Below, one piece after another: positions 41,401 through 48,511 of a stretch of DNA of 64,000 bases. Position numbers and translations under genes: made by a program. Where the stretch lies: NCBI GenBank assembly GCA_963674965.2, contig CAXXFL010000005.1, positions 480,001 to 544,000 on the forward strand. The letters run 5' to 3'. Numbering within the stretch: position 1 is the stretch's first letter; each line of letters begins with the position of its first letter. This DNA comes from a bacterium. GTDB taxonomy: Bacteria; RBG-13-61-14; DATKZS01. The notes beneath the pieces were generated by a model. It worked only from the letters and a program-made list of their open reading frames with translations, ran no database searches and was not told the DNA's origin.

Positions 41401-44400
41401 TGGCCACCTGGGCCACGCAGACGCCGTGGCTGGACGACAACGGGAGCGGGACTTACGCGGCCACCGGCGACGGCAAGGACGGCGACGTTGCGGACCTTTT
41501 CGTGGTGGGCGCGGACTTCGTGACCGGCGCGGTGCTTCCCGAGCTGACACCTCGCGGCGACGCGCTGCTCGAGGGCGACAGCCTGGATATTTACTCGGGC
41601 ATACTTTACGCCAGCTCGAGCGAGATATCGGCCATGTTCGCCATTTTGACGCCGCCTGGCTTCTCACCTCCCCAGTCGGAGGGCAACTTCGACACGCCCT
41701 GGCTGGAGGACGAGGAGGGCAATCCCCTGCCTCGCGTTTACCTCGAGTACTCGAGCGCGACGGACGACTGGCGGCGTCGGCTGGACTCGGCCGAGCTGGC
41801 CGAGCTGTTCACGGTCAACGGCCGATATACTGCCACGTTATACGCGATCGATCTCGAGGGCCGGGTGACGGCGGCGGCGGAGTTCTCGATCACGGTGTTC
41901 GGCCCGGACCCTTACGAGGACGACGACTGGTGGAGCTCCGGCTCGAGCGTCGAGGTTAACTCGAGCTCGGCGCAGGCCCACAACTTCCACGACTCGGGCG
42001 ACCGGGACTGGGTGAAGTTCTCCGTGGCCTTTGGGGACACGGGATATTACTCGGTGTATACGGAGAATTTAGCGGACCGCTGCGACACGGTGATCGAGCT
42101 TTACGGCTACTCGGTGGCCGGCTCGACGGTGGTCCCCATCGCGTTCGACGACGACTCGGGCCAGGACGGCGGCGGCTCGAGCCGTATTTTCATGTACCTG
42201 TCCGAGGGTCTTTATTACGCTGAAGTATATCAGTACGGCGACACCATCGGGGGCCAGGACACGGAGTACGACCTCCGGGTGGACCACGACGAGGGCGACT
42301 ACGGCTCGGTCGAGGGCTACGTGACGGACTCGGTGACGGGCTTCGGGGTGCAGGGCGCGAACGTGATCGTGATCCTTGGCGGTCCTCCCCGCGTGGCCAC
42401 CACCGGGGCGGGCGGCTATTACAAGCTCTCGAGCCTCCTGGCGGGCTCTGGATATCCCATGCAGGTGCAGGCGGCGAACTTCACCACCTGGTCGGGGACG
42501 GTGAACGTTGGCGTGAACCAGACCACCAGGAAGGACGTGGTGCTGGCGGCGAAGACCGGCACCTCGGGCGTGCTGATGGGCCACGTTTACGGTCACGGCG
42601 GCGCGCCGCTGGTGGGGGTCGGGCTCGAGGTCTCGGGCAAGTCCGTGGTGAGCGAGGCGGGCGGCCTTTACTCGATCCGTCTTGCTCCCGGAGCGGCCTA
42701 CGTTTATTCGAGCTGGCCGGGCTACGAGCCGTACCTCGAGGAGGGGCTAATGGTTGTGGCCGGCGATACCACGGTGCATGAGGTGTCGCTCGAGCCGGTG
42801 GACACCGACGGCGACGGCCTTCCGGACTGGATCGAGACCTCGGGCTGCACTGACGAGTCCGAGGCGGACTCGGACGGCGACGGCTTATGCGACGGCGATA
42901 CCGCGGTGTATGACGGCGCGACGCTCGTCTGCTCGGCGGGCGAGGACATGGACCTTGACGGCGAGGTCGGGGCCTCGGAGACCGACCCCTGCGACGACGA
43001 CTCGGACGGCGACCTCCTCGGCGACGGCGACGAGGCGCTGACTTACGGCACGGACCCGCTCGATGTTGACACGGACTCGGACGGCCTCGGCGACCGCCTC
43101 GAGGCGGTGGTCGTAAGCTGCCTCGATCCGACTGACGACGACACGGACGACGACGGCCTTCTGGACGGAACGTCGAGCGGCGAGGACAAGGACGGCGACG
43201 GGGTTGTTGACGCGACGGAGACGAGCCCTTGCCTTTTTGATACGGACACGGATACGCTGGGCGACGGCGCCGAGGTGACGGTATACGGCACGGACCCGCT
43301 CGAGGTTGACACGGACTCGGACGGCCTGAGCGACGGGCTCGAGGTACCCTGGTGCACGTCGCCCACGGACGAGGACAGCGACGGTGACGGGCTTCTGGAC
43401 GGCACGCCGAGCGGGGAGGACAAGGACGGCGACGGGGTGGTGGACGCCACCGAGACCAACCCCTGCGCCTTTGACAGCGACTCGGACGGCATCGGCGACG
43501 GGCTCGAGCTTGGGACTTACGGCACCAACCCGCTTAGGCAGGATACTGATTCGGATGGGATCGGCGACTACGTCGAGGCGGTCTCGAGCGCGTGCCTCGA
43601 GGCGACGGAGGCGGACACCGACGGCGACGGCCTTCTCGACGGGACCATATTCGGCGAGGACAAGGACGGCGACGGCGTGGTGGACCCGGGCGAGACCAAC
43701 CCCTGCCTCGAGGACAGCGACGAGGACGGGCTCGGTGACGACGAGGAGCCGGGGCTGGGCCTGGACCCCCTCGAGTGGGACACGGACGGCGACGCTCTTC
43801 CCGACGGCTACGAGGTGGCGAACTCGAGCGGCCATGCCTTGAACCTCGATCCGCTCGACCCGGGCGACGGCTGCGCGTCGGACTTTGACGGCGACGGCAA
43901 CGCCAACTGCCACGAGTATTACAACGGCACGGACATTTGGTCGGAGAACGTGACGGGCGGCTCGGCCTGCTTCAGCTGGGCGGACTCGGGGAGCACGGTC
44001 AGCGCCGACGGCCTGGTTTCGCCTCTGGACCTCGGCGCCTTGAACGCCCGCGCGTCGCTGAAGGACGCGTCCTACACGGGCGTGCTCCCACCCAACGGCG
44101 ACTCGCAGGAACTCGATATGGACGAGATTATCTCGGCGCTCGACCTGGCGGTCCTGCGCCAGATGGTTGCCAACCTCTCCACCTCCGGCAACCCCAGCCG
44201 TCCGGTCGCCCTCGAGGTTTACGGCGACACGGCGGTCACGGCCGAGGTGGGAAGCACGGTGCGGATCGAGCTGGGCGCCCTCAACCAGGGCGGCAAGCAC
44301 ACATCGAGCCTGGGGATCATCTTCACCATCGACCCCTCCTCGACCGCCTCGGCCACCCTCCTCGGCGGCGACGGCGCGGCCTCGAGCGGCCGCTACGACG

Positions 44401-44567
44401 TGACCGGCCCCATCGCCACCGGCGGCCGCTCCGCCATCGTCCTCCTCCCCACCGCCCCCGGCTCCCTCCTCCTCAACGCCCACCTCCCCCCATGCGGCGT
44501 TGACGGAAAAGGCCGCTACTGCGAAGAGCTGATCAAACAGCCCCTGGTAACGGTGACGGTGGAGTAG
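32421..44567 (+). CDS. Giant (4048 aa) secreted multidomain protein with thrombospondin-3-like Ca-binding repeats and a C13/caspase-type peptidase domain
   Basis: AGGAG RBS, signal peptide, dozens of D(T/S)DxDG motifs, WxGSE(F/Y)GVAW propeller repeats, MVDHGG and YDACRSGSF, carboxypeptidase-regulatory-like domains, dockerin-like tail. Confidence 0.92.
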   Translation: MKAIPLAFLPVFFLALLLAPLTGFAQDSDGDGMPDLFEINMGCLRVNVPDGDRDPDRDGATSLEEYNNSTYPLSIVNPCTPDTDMDGLPDGWELDNGTDPLSVDVDLDLDGDTLSNGIEYMMGTNANNVDSDGAGIEDGDEVPIGWDPASPLDDYSETQYEAYSATANNSAAQYCRGLQFRADEGTILTSYGHYLNPQAGSTLFFTVWEGNTLNGTVNKIFEKRDDNVAGGVDWYESGDINAVFEPGKYYEVVTCWRQATYYYGTGGSFGPTHFGEMVGSVTRNAMSFPLPDSFSFNHSANTKYCMRANFCESGCFPAGVAILRDAQSWSSANTDLLDLFNVPYSIFGGSQLSGADYSIFDKILIESAQDEDFYQDLETNRTAVEERVEDGADLEFHGADPEGFWHESYLIPTGIDGPFSERNALDFTASADWHWAKIGAEDDGLDGWNYSAYGYIGSAGGDTPTPLVLDSSSEAVLSAFNYGQGQVIAATMSLEKAADSASPLGDGPALLRNLLLHEDKEDISPEICPSALSDVPFLGGTSTTATYLFRGHKYLVTTPSALYEFKQRLNLSGTTDLTYVVLESDSQDGQYQKVWQKTVSHAPQGIEWYGSGYIGIEMEEGKFYAMVTGWATLNGSYYYQASTLPRPVSFGTAAAGAAYAGNPLPDPVSFAATTSAYPQEVITQPLVTPPLPESLKCVILDSDGDGFSDSLETIYSTDPATPDTDGDGLPDMWEYLIGFNPTSPLPEGLFDDDLDGLFNLEEYHYGTNPFDDDSDGDGWTDDYEILVGTDPLTDDTADDPDGDGLTNFSEIIFHSTFPDDPDSDDDGLDDGYEVNTSGTDPLNPDSDYDGLPDGFEDDYSSCLDALSVDNRNLDPDSDYLTNFEEFILGLDPCVFSDSDSDGMPDGFELLHAACGLDPFFSDGADDPDLDSISNLNEYLFSFDMDPCSDDTDSDQMPDDYEMAASCLSPLLYEAYEDPDADAVDSLIEYGQGFDPCTFEDTDADGMSDPWEASYGCMSPNTADSQASDPDIDTLTNIVEFINGSNPCLADTDGDGLTDPQEILSLLTDPAHPDSDGDGLSDSEEAWFYLSSPLVADSDGDGLGDGFEAGVVVAVGPNGTLDSAPAAGDSVKPFSIRLGADMLPDTQAMGDDVQIIETTLTVPRLFITNPNKADSDMDGIDDQLEMIKGAHPMNSDITTAVFAPAFRLTYGNQGAGLSNLDWADSDNVYGLAWSDPKSGPVGNGEIYYQAILESGDTTDLPTRITFDTVMTDGPALAWSGSEFGLVWEDGNSGYEIYFRRLDSSGTPLGFSLRITYDATSSHDPSIVWTGSEYAVAWKDGGGAYQEVYFARVSGSGLAAGNTILLSSQAQAYEPKINWNGYEYAVSWYDVSDGQYHMRRLYPDGSPKEPAVTVPGNLSIWTGSEYGVAYENTVDQNTEIYFQRLAPDGSALSEEERISFGLLDSTDPQVAWNGTDFIVVWMDQKDGNDEIYYAAVDRYGKRAGLPNRFTYTGGDSRFPQVVWTGEEHGLAFIEHEYGPYPEVDFANQGDSDGDGLRDAIENSISCSDAYDHDSDGDGLLDGLEDLNGDGIFDPLTETDPCDPDTDDDGFTDGEEDADHDGVVDPSETDPKSDDTDGDGLSDLEETTEGEDGWITDPVDNDSDDDGVNDGDEVQNGSNPLYAAVYPRIIKYGGENRITYDYYWDRNPKMAWTGSEFGITWMGLSTSTERVKFMRLALDGSTLQTPLIINTPNLVDAGYPDIAWNGNEFAIVFENTAFEEIYFARASAQGTEIGDEIRLTNDSGGDYDPRLEWSGSAYGVVWEGSPAYSSAMFLLVGEDGSTVDLPQMISTEPSSSRNPYIDWTGSVFGFAWNERYSTKMGYHFASLSQGGTIVESGSRITYDDNQWDGDLAWGDSNFLVTYVVSMGGDSELYFLGLAEDGSTLGVQQRLTYGPAGYDSYCPSVAWTGNEFGVAWADDRDGGDTEIYFTPIGADGSTNGAPFRITFAPGSSYNPDLVWIGTEYALVWDENRHDEWYDDLYFLRFNYDTDGDAIIDALEDGLATEKRNWDTDGDGLSDGEELCYDGVCLAYADGFDPDPNDPDTDGDGLTDYDEVKVYFTNPASSDTDGDGMDDKWELDNGLSPASDDADGDPDGDELSNLLEYLNGTDPNDPDSDDDGMDDEWEVSYSCMMANTVDNTADYDFDALPNFSEYIQDRDPCDFELPPDSSCALDSPNPTNGDTIGLTYSVDTEHAYVYLYQSIGGGPYAPAATPKTGALAGRFTVSTTPGVDQVRSFYTIATLSALVIEDPPSSPDATVVVDKTTPISYVSAAPSFAPDETFPIEFLCDDLEAQSRLYYRKDGGGWTDSGLGLLAGDSGTFSFTPAGEGTYDFYTIAGDPAGNIEDPPTFPDKDATTVVDDSPPAVPVVIDDGTYTGYTDRFHATWTCGGDSVSGIVRYYYAIGTSVGSTVIAGWTSNATLTEVTRFGLELEDGSSYFIGVRAVNGAGLTSVGWSDGILVDSRGPEIAWSSPAHREIVNDDMPPVDLPVSINFIDPGGAGIDWASLEMVLDFSTVQSFSQDGDTVSFDALALDLGNHVVNVQVADLAGNGLNRNVIFVVEDPRRVIINPVYVEWAPGDGDATFVADGGTGAYRWAATGGALDSFTGAEVVFTPGPEAGAYVVAVSDAKLVSAQATIIISGEVEVAPAVVRLSAGSAATFTASGGSGDFSWTVNGGSCVLSGERDETCSYTAFESSGQYSVKAQAGSGESFTSRVIVTDPVGRAIVVVGGGLVDSNRQVEALNSLGHLAYETLLARGFEPDQIMYLNPDATQAYDGDGDGYADDVDGAPTPAALQAAILDWATADLGVDNPGVGPGVPLIIYMVDHGGDDSFLINFTAAGAGQEVTPTQLDSWIDAVQGGDTSNPNGVDVVVIYDACRSGSFLDEVGGGGSDRIVITSSASSESAYFGVSGTISFSQFFWQRVRTGATLKSAFNDAAAALATWATQTPWLDDNGSGTYAATGDGKDGDVADLFVVGADFVTGAVLPELTPRGDALLEGDSLDIYSGILYASSSEISAMFAILTPPGFSPPQSEGNFDTPWLEDEEGNPLPRVYLEYSSATDDWRRRLDSAELAELFTVNGRYTATLYAIDLEGRVTAAAEFSITVFGPDPYEDDDWWSSGSSVEVNSSSAQAHNFHDSGDRDWVKFSVAFGDTGYYSVYTENLADRCDTVIELYGYSVAGSTVVPIAFDDDSGQDGGGSSRIFMYLSEGLYYAEVYQYGDTIGGQDTEYDLRVDHDEGDYGSVEGYVTDSVTGFGVQGANVIVILGGPPRVATTGAGGYYKLSSLLAGSGYPMQVQAANFTTWSGTVNVGVNQTTRKDVVLAAKTGTSGVLMGHVYGHGGAPLVGVGLEVSGKSVVSEAGGLYSIRLAPGAAYVYSSWPGYEPYLEEGLMVVAGDTTVHEVSLEPVDTDGDGLPDWIETSGCTDESEADSDGDGLCDGDTAVYDGATLVCSAGEDMDLDGEVGASETDPCDDDSDGDLLGDGDEALTYGTDPLDVDTDSDGLGDRLEAVVVSCLDPTDDDTDDDGLLDGTSSGEDKDGDGVVDATETSPCLFDTDTDTLGDGAEVTVYGTDPLEVDTDSDGLSDGLEVPWCTSPTDEDSDGDGLLDGTPSGEDKDGDGVVDATETNPCAFDSDSDGIGDGLELGTYGTNPLRQDTDSDGIGDYVEAVSSACLEATEADTDGDGLLDGTIFGEDKDGDGVVDPGETNPCLEDSDEDGLGDDEEPGLGLDPLEWDTDGDALPDGYEVANSSGHALNLDPLDPGDGCASDFDGDGNANCHEYYNGTDIWSENVTGGSACFSWADSGSTVSADGLVSPLDLGALNARASLKDASYTGVLPPNGDSQELDMDEIISALDLAVLRQMVANLSTSGNPSRPVALEVYGDTAVTAEVGSTVRIELGALNQGGKHTSSLGIIFTIDPSSTASATLLGGDGAASSGRYDVTGPIATGGRSAIVLLPTAPGSLLLNAHLPPCGVDGKGRYCEELIKQPLVTVTVE

Positions 44568-44585
44568 GGGAGTTGATTCCCGGAC

Positions 44586-44629
44586 AGGCCGGAGACCGAC
44601 GCGCGGCGCCGCAAGTCGGACTCCGGCCT
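44586..44629. terminator. Hairpin downstream of the giant gene
   Basis: AGGCCGGAG-A-CCGAC / GTCGG-A-CTCCGGCCT stem; no clear U-tract. Confidence 0.45.
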
Positions 44630-44809
44630 AATCCGGCGGCTTTAAGCGGATGGATTGTCTGGCGTTCCGCGTCGCTCACCGGCGGTTTGGCCGCAAAGCG
44701 CTATGAAAATTAATCGATCCTTACGGTTTCCAAGTTGGGTTAGTCGGAAGGCGCTCGCCCGCGGTAAAAGTAAAGGTCCACGGCATGAAGACCGACCTTC
44801 CCCGCGGCG

Positions 44810-45001
44810 CTAGAATTTTCCAGGCGGGAACTTATATTTTTCGATTAGTTTCAGTTTGTCCTCCTCGGGCAGCGACTTCATGTAGGATTTCCAGCCGGGG
44901 CAGAAATTGGTGTGGAACCTCCATAACCTGCCAAGGATGGAACGTGGGTTGTTGTCGTATTTGGCCCGCATGGGACATTTTGAGCAGTTGTGATCGGACA
45001 T
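44810..45001 (-). CDS. Small Cys/His-containing hypothetical protein
   Basis: GGAGG RBS before ATG 45001; CSKC...LWRFHTNFCPGWKSY. Confidence 0.75.
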   Translation of the reverse strand: MSDHNCSKCPMRAKYDNNPRSILGRLWRFHTNFCPGWKSYMKSLPEEDKLKLIEKYKFPPGKF

Positions 45002-45183
45002 TTTTTCCTCCATTGGTTTGAGATAATACTATTGAAGGACGGATAAGATTTCAAGGTCCCGCCGCTCGGTAACGATAAAATAACAAAGGCGGCCCGTCCT
45101 TCTGCCTATTTTAAAAACTTCATCCGCCGATTGGACAAGTTCGCGTCCGCTCTGGTATATTCCTGGTACCAGCCGCAAGGAGG

Positions 45184-45720
45184 ATGGAAATGAGAAGACT
45201 CGCCTTGATCTTTACCGTTATGATCGCCTTATGCGCCTCGGGCTTTTTATGCGACAAGCCCGAGCCGAAACCCGCGCCCTCGCCGAGCGTCGCTCCCGCC
45301 GAGGCGTCTCCATCGGAGGAGTGCCCTCCCGGCCAGGAGAAAATCGAGGGAAGGTGCGTGGTTCCCGGCGGCTCCGGGGGCAAGGACTACAGCGGGACTT
45401 ACGCCTACTCGACCAGCGACGGGGCCTCCGGACAGTGCAGCATAGCTCAGAAGGGCGAAAGCGCGACCTTCGTTTTTCTGAGCGGCAGGGTTTGCTCGCC
45501 GGCCTCGATGTGCGCCTTCGAATGCGCCGCGGCCGGGCCTTCATTTTCCTGCGCCAACTCCGACGTTGTAGACGACGAGGGCGGGAGCGCCTCGAACGTC
45601 TTTTCCTTCACCTTCGCCGAGGACGGATCGGCCCAGGGCGCGGGGAGGTCGGAGTACGTTCACCCGGGCGGGTTCTCCAAGGACTGGGCCTACAGCATTA
45701 ACATCAAGGGCAAAAAATAG
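45184..45720 (+). CDS. Secreted Cys-rich hypothetical protein (possible lipoprotein)
   Basis: Signal-like N-terminus, Pro-rich linker, several Cys. Confidence 0.7.
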   Translation: MEMRRLALIFTVMIALCASGFLCDKPEPKPAPSPSVAPAEASPSEECPPGQEKIEGRCVVPGGSGGKDYSGTYAYSTSDGASGQCSIAQKGESATFVFLSGRVCSPASMCAFECAAAGPSFSCANSDVVDDEGGSASNVFSFTFAEDGSAQGAGRSEYVHPGGFSKDWAYSINIKGKK

Positions 45721-45821
45721 GCGAGGAATCGATTCCGTGAATCCCGATCCGCGGCGATCATGATCGAGATCGTCGTTCGCCGGGGACCGAAGCGCGTCGA
45801 GAGCGATAAAAGGACAATCTA

Positions 45822-46937
45822 ATGAGCAAGTCGAAAAAGGCCTCCTCGATAACCGAGAACCCGCTTGCGGGCGGGACCTTCTTCAACTGGCTGAGACTGG
45901 CGCGGGAGAGCGGCCCCATCGAGCGGGACTATTGGGGGAGGGCCGCCTACGTTACTTTGATGACCTTAGCCTGGTCTCCTCTTCGCCTTTTGCACCGGGC
46001 GCTATACGGCGGCCGGATCGAGAAAACTGGAATTAAAGAGGGGCCTCTTTTTATTCTTGGCCATTACCGAAGCGGGACTACTTTCCTCCAGGACCTGATT
46101 TGCCAGGACAAGCAATGGGGTTTCGTCTCGACCACCCAGGCGGTCCTGCCGGAGATGTTTTTATTCGGTCCCATTATCCAGCGCCTTCTCGGTCTTTTCC
46201 TTCCTGATAAGAGGCCGATGGACAACGTGGAGATGTCGCCGGTCTTTCCCGAGGAGCCGGAGCACGCGGTGGGCGCCGTCTCGCCTTATTGTTTTTATCA
46301 TGGTTTTTGTTTTCCCCGGAGCCTGATGAAATATTTCCGGCGCTGGGTGCTTTTCGAGGGCGTTACGGACGGGGAGATAAATTCGTGGGGGGATGTATAT
46401 CTCAGGACTTTGAAGGCGGCGACTCTTGCCTCGGGCGGCCGCGGGCTTTTGGTTAAGAACCCGGCGGACACGGCCCGGGTGAAGGAACTGTTGGACCTTT
46501 TTCCCGAGGCCAGGTTTATATATCTTTACCGCGACCCTTACGTGATGTATCCTTCGATATTAAACTTTTACACCGCCAACATGAACGACTGGCGTCTTCA
46601 GGATTACGAGGAGGCCGAGCTCAGGGATAACATTTTCACCATATATTTTGAGATGACGGAGCGCTTCCATAAAGATAAAGGGATGATCCCGCCCGGTTCC
46701 CTGGTGGAGGTCAAGTTCGAGGACTTCGAGTCTTCTCCACTCTCGGAGTTGGAAAAGATTTATTCCGGGCTCGGTCTGGAGGGTTTCAAGAACGCCGAGT
46801 CTGCCTTCAAGCAATATATAGAGTCCAAGTCCGGTTATAAGAAGAACAAGTATGCCCTCGACGCCGCAACCGAGGATGAAATAAGCCGGCGTTGGGCCGA
46901 GGACATTAAGAGGGGAGGGTATGGAAAAGCGCAATAA
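45822..46937 (+). CDS. Sulfotransferase
   Basis: GHYRSGTTFL 5'-PSB motif, RPMDNV, LVKNP, YRDP. Confidence 0.9.
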   Translation: MSKSKKASSITENPLAGGTFFNWLRLARESGPIERDYWGRAAYVTLMTLAWSPLRLLHRALYGGRIEKTGIKEGPLFILGHYRSGTTFLQDLICQDKQWGFVSTTQAVLPEMFLFGPIIQRLLGLFLPDKRPMDNVEMSPVFPEEPEHAVGAVSPYCFYHGFCFPRSLMKYFRRWVLFEGVTDGEINSWGDVYLRTLKAATLASGGRGLLVKNPADTARVKELLDLFPEARFIYLYRDPYVMYPSILNFYTANMNDWRLQDYEEAELRDNIFTIYFEMTERFHKDKGMIPPGSLVEVKFEDFESSPLSELEKIYSGLGLEGFKNAESAFKQYIESKSGYKKNKYALDAATEDEISRRWAEDIKRGGYGKAQ

Positions 46938-47080
46938 TTCGCGTCGCAATAATCGTTTTACCCGGGCGGTGTAGCCCCGGTTCGCGTCGATTGACAAGCC
47001 TGGCTTCCTACTGTAGCATTCCAAAAGACAAAACGACTCATGCCCATCCTATTTGAGTCAACTTGAAAGCATCCAGATAG

Positions 47081-48511
47081 ATGGTATTTAACTCGATTAC
47101 TTTCATTGTTTTCTTTTCCATCGTGGTTTTTCTTCATAACCTTCCTTTCAGTTGGCGGGTTAAAAAGTTCAATCTCCTGGTGGCCAGCTATATTTTTTAC
47201 GCCGCTTGGAACCCTCCCTTTGTCCTTTTATTGCTGGCGTCAACGCTGGCGGGCTGGCTAACGGCCTTGGGTATTAATAGAACCCAAAGCCTCGGCGGGA
47301 AAAAGCTTTTGCTTTTTTTAAGTCTTTTAGTAAATTTGGGACTTCTCGCTTATTTTAAATACGCTCAGTTTTTTTTGGACTCTTTCATTTCTTTGGTAAA
47401 GGTTTTTGGCGTAGCCTACTCTCCGCCCAGGCTTTCGATCATCTTGCCCCTTGGGATATCTTTTTTTACTTTTCAGACCATGTCCTATACGATCGACGTG
47501 TACAGGGGGACGGTCCCCAAGTGGCACAGTTTTTTGGATTTCGCCCTCTACGTCAGTTTTTTCCCTCAACTCGTGGCCGGCCCAATAGTACGTTCAGGCC
47601 ACTTTCTTCCGCAATGTGAAGAACCGAGGCGTGGTTCTTCCGATCAATTGGGCTGGGGACTGATCCTTTTATTAATCGGGCTTTTTCAGAAGATATTTCT
47701 GGCCGACGGTTTGATGGCACAAGTTGCCGACCCGATATTCGTGCAGTGGCAGCAGGCGAACATGATCCAAGCCTGGGCGGCCACTCTGGCCTTTTCCGCC
47801 CAGATTTTCTTTGATTTTTCCGGATACTCGACGTGCGCCATAGGAGCGGCCCTTTGCCTTGGTTTCTCTCTTCCGGACAATTTTCGATTTCCCTACGCTT
47901 CCCTTGGGTTTTCCGATTTCTGGCGCAGATGGCACATATCGCTTTCGACATGGCTTCGAGATTATCTTTACATCCCGCTTGGCGGCAACAGAAAGGGCGT
48001 GGGAAGGACCTATATTAACCTGATGTTGACCATGCTGATCGGGGGGTTATGGCATGGCGCGGCCTTCAACTTCATTATATGGGGAGGGCTTCATGGAATT
48101 TTTCTCGCCGTTGAAAGGTTCATAAGAGAAAGGAGAAAGAAGACTGAAGTACCGCGCGTAAGCGGACCTCTTGCCAAAATCTCCTTAATCTGTTTCACCT
48201 ACTTCCTGGTCTTAATCGCCTGGGTCTTTTTCAGGGCGGACAACTTCGGGATAGCCTTGCATTTCCTTAAACTTATGTTCGGCTTTACAGTCTCGCAAGA
48301 CGCGGTAAACATTAAGAACATGTATTTATTAGTAGCTTTTCTCATGAACGCGATATTATTGACATGGCATTTTCTCATGCGGGACACGAGCCTGGAGAAG
48401 GTCGCTGAGCGTTTGCCATGGTGGATCAAGGGACTGGCGATCGCGGCGATGCTATTGGCCTTAGTACTGGCCCCGGGAGAAAGACGTGCTTTCATCTACT
48501 TCCAATTCTAA
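47081..48511 (+). CDS. MBOAT O-acyltransferase (AlgI/DltB-like)
   Basis: PLGISFFTFQ, FFPQLVAGPIVR, DFSGYS, WHISLSTW, GLWHGA, FIYFQF. Confidence 0.95.
   Translation: MVFNSITFIVFFSIVVFLHNLPFSWRVKKFNLLVASYIFYAAWNPPFVLLLLASTLAGWLTALGINRTQSLGGKKLLLFLSLLVNLGLLAYFKYAQFFLDSFISLVKVFGVAYSPPRLSIILPLGISFFTFQTMSYTIDVYRGTVPKWHSFLDFALYVSFFPQLVAGPIVRSGHFLPQCEEPRRGSSDQLGWGLILLLIGLFQKIFLADGLMAQVADPIFVQWQQANMIQAWAATLAFSAQIFFDFSGYSTCAIGAALCLGFSLPDNFRFPYASLGFSDFWRRWHISLSTWLRDYLYIPLGGNRKGVGRTYINLMLTMLIGGLWHGAAFNFIIWGGLHGIFLAVERFIRERRKKTEVPRVSGPLAKISLICFTYFLVLIAWVFFRADNFGIALHFLKLMFGFTVSQDAVNIKNMYLLVAFLMNAILLTWHFLMRDTSLEKVAERLPWWIKGLAIAAMLLALVLAPGERRAFIYFQF

Noticed and set aside
32481-44483. Long antisense ORFs (463, 725 and 532 aa) inside the giant gene, and similar ones elsewhere
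   Set aside because: Codon-aligned shadows expected in high-GC genes; no motifs
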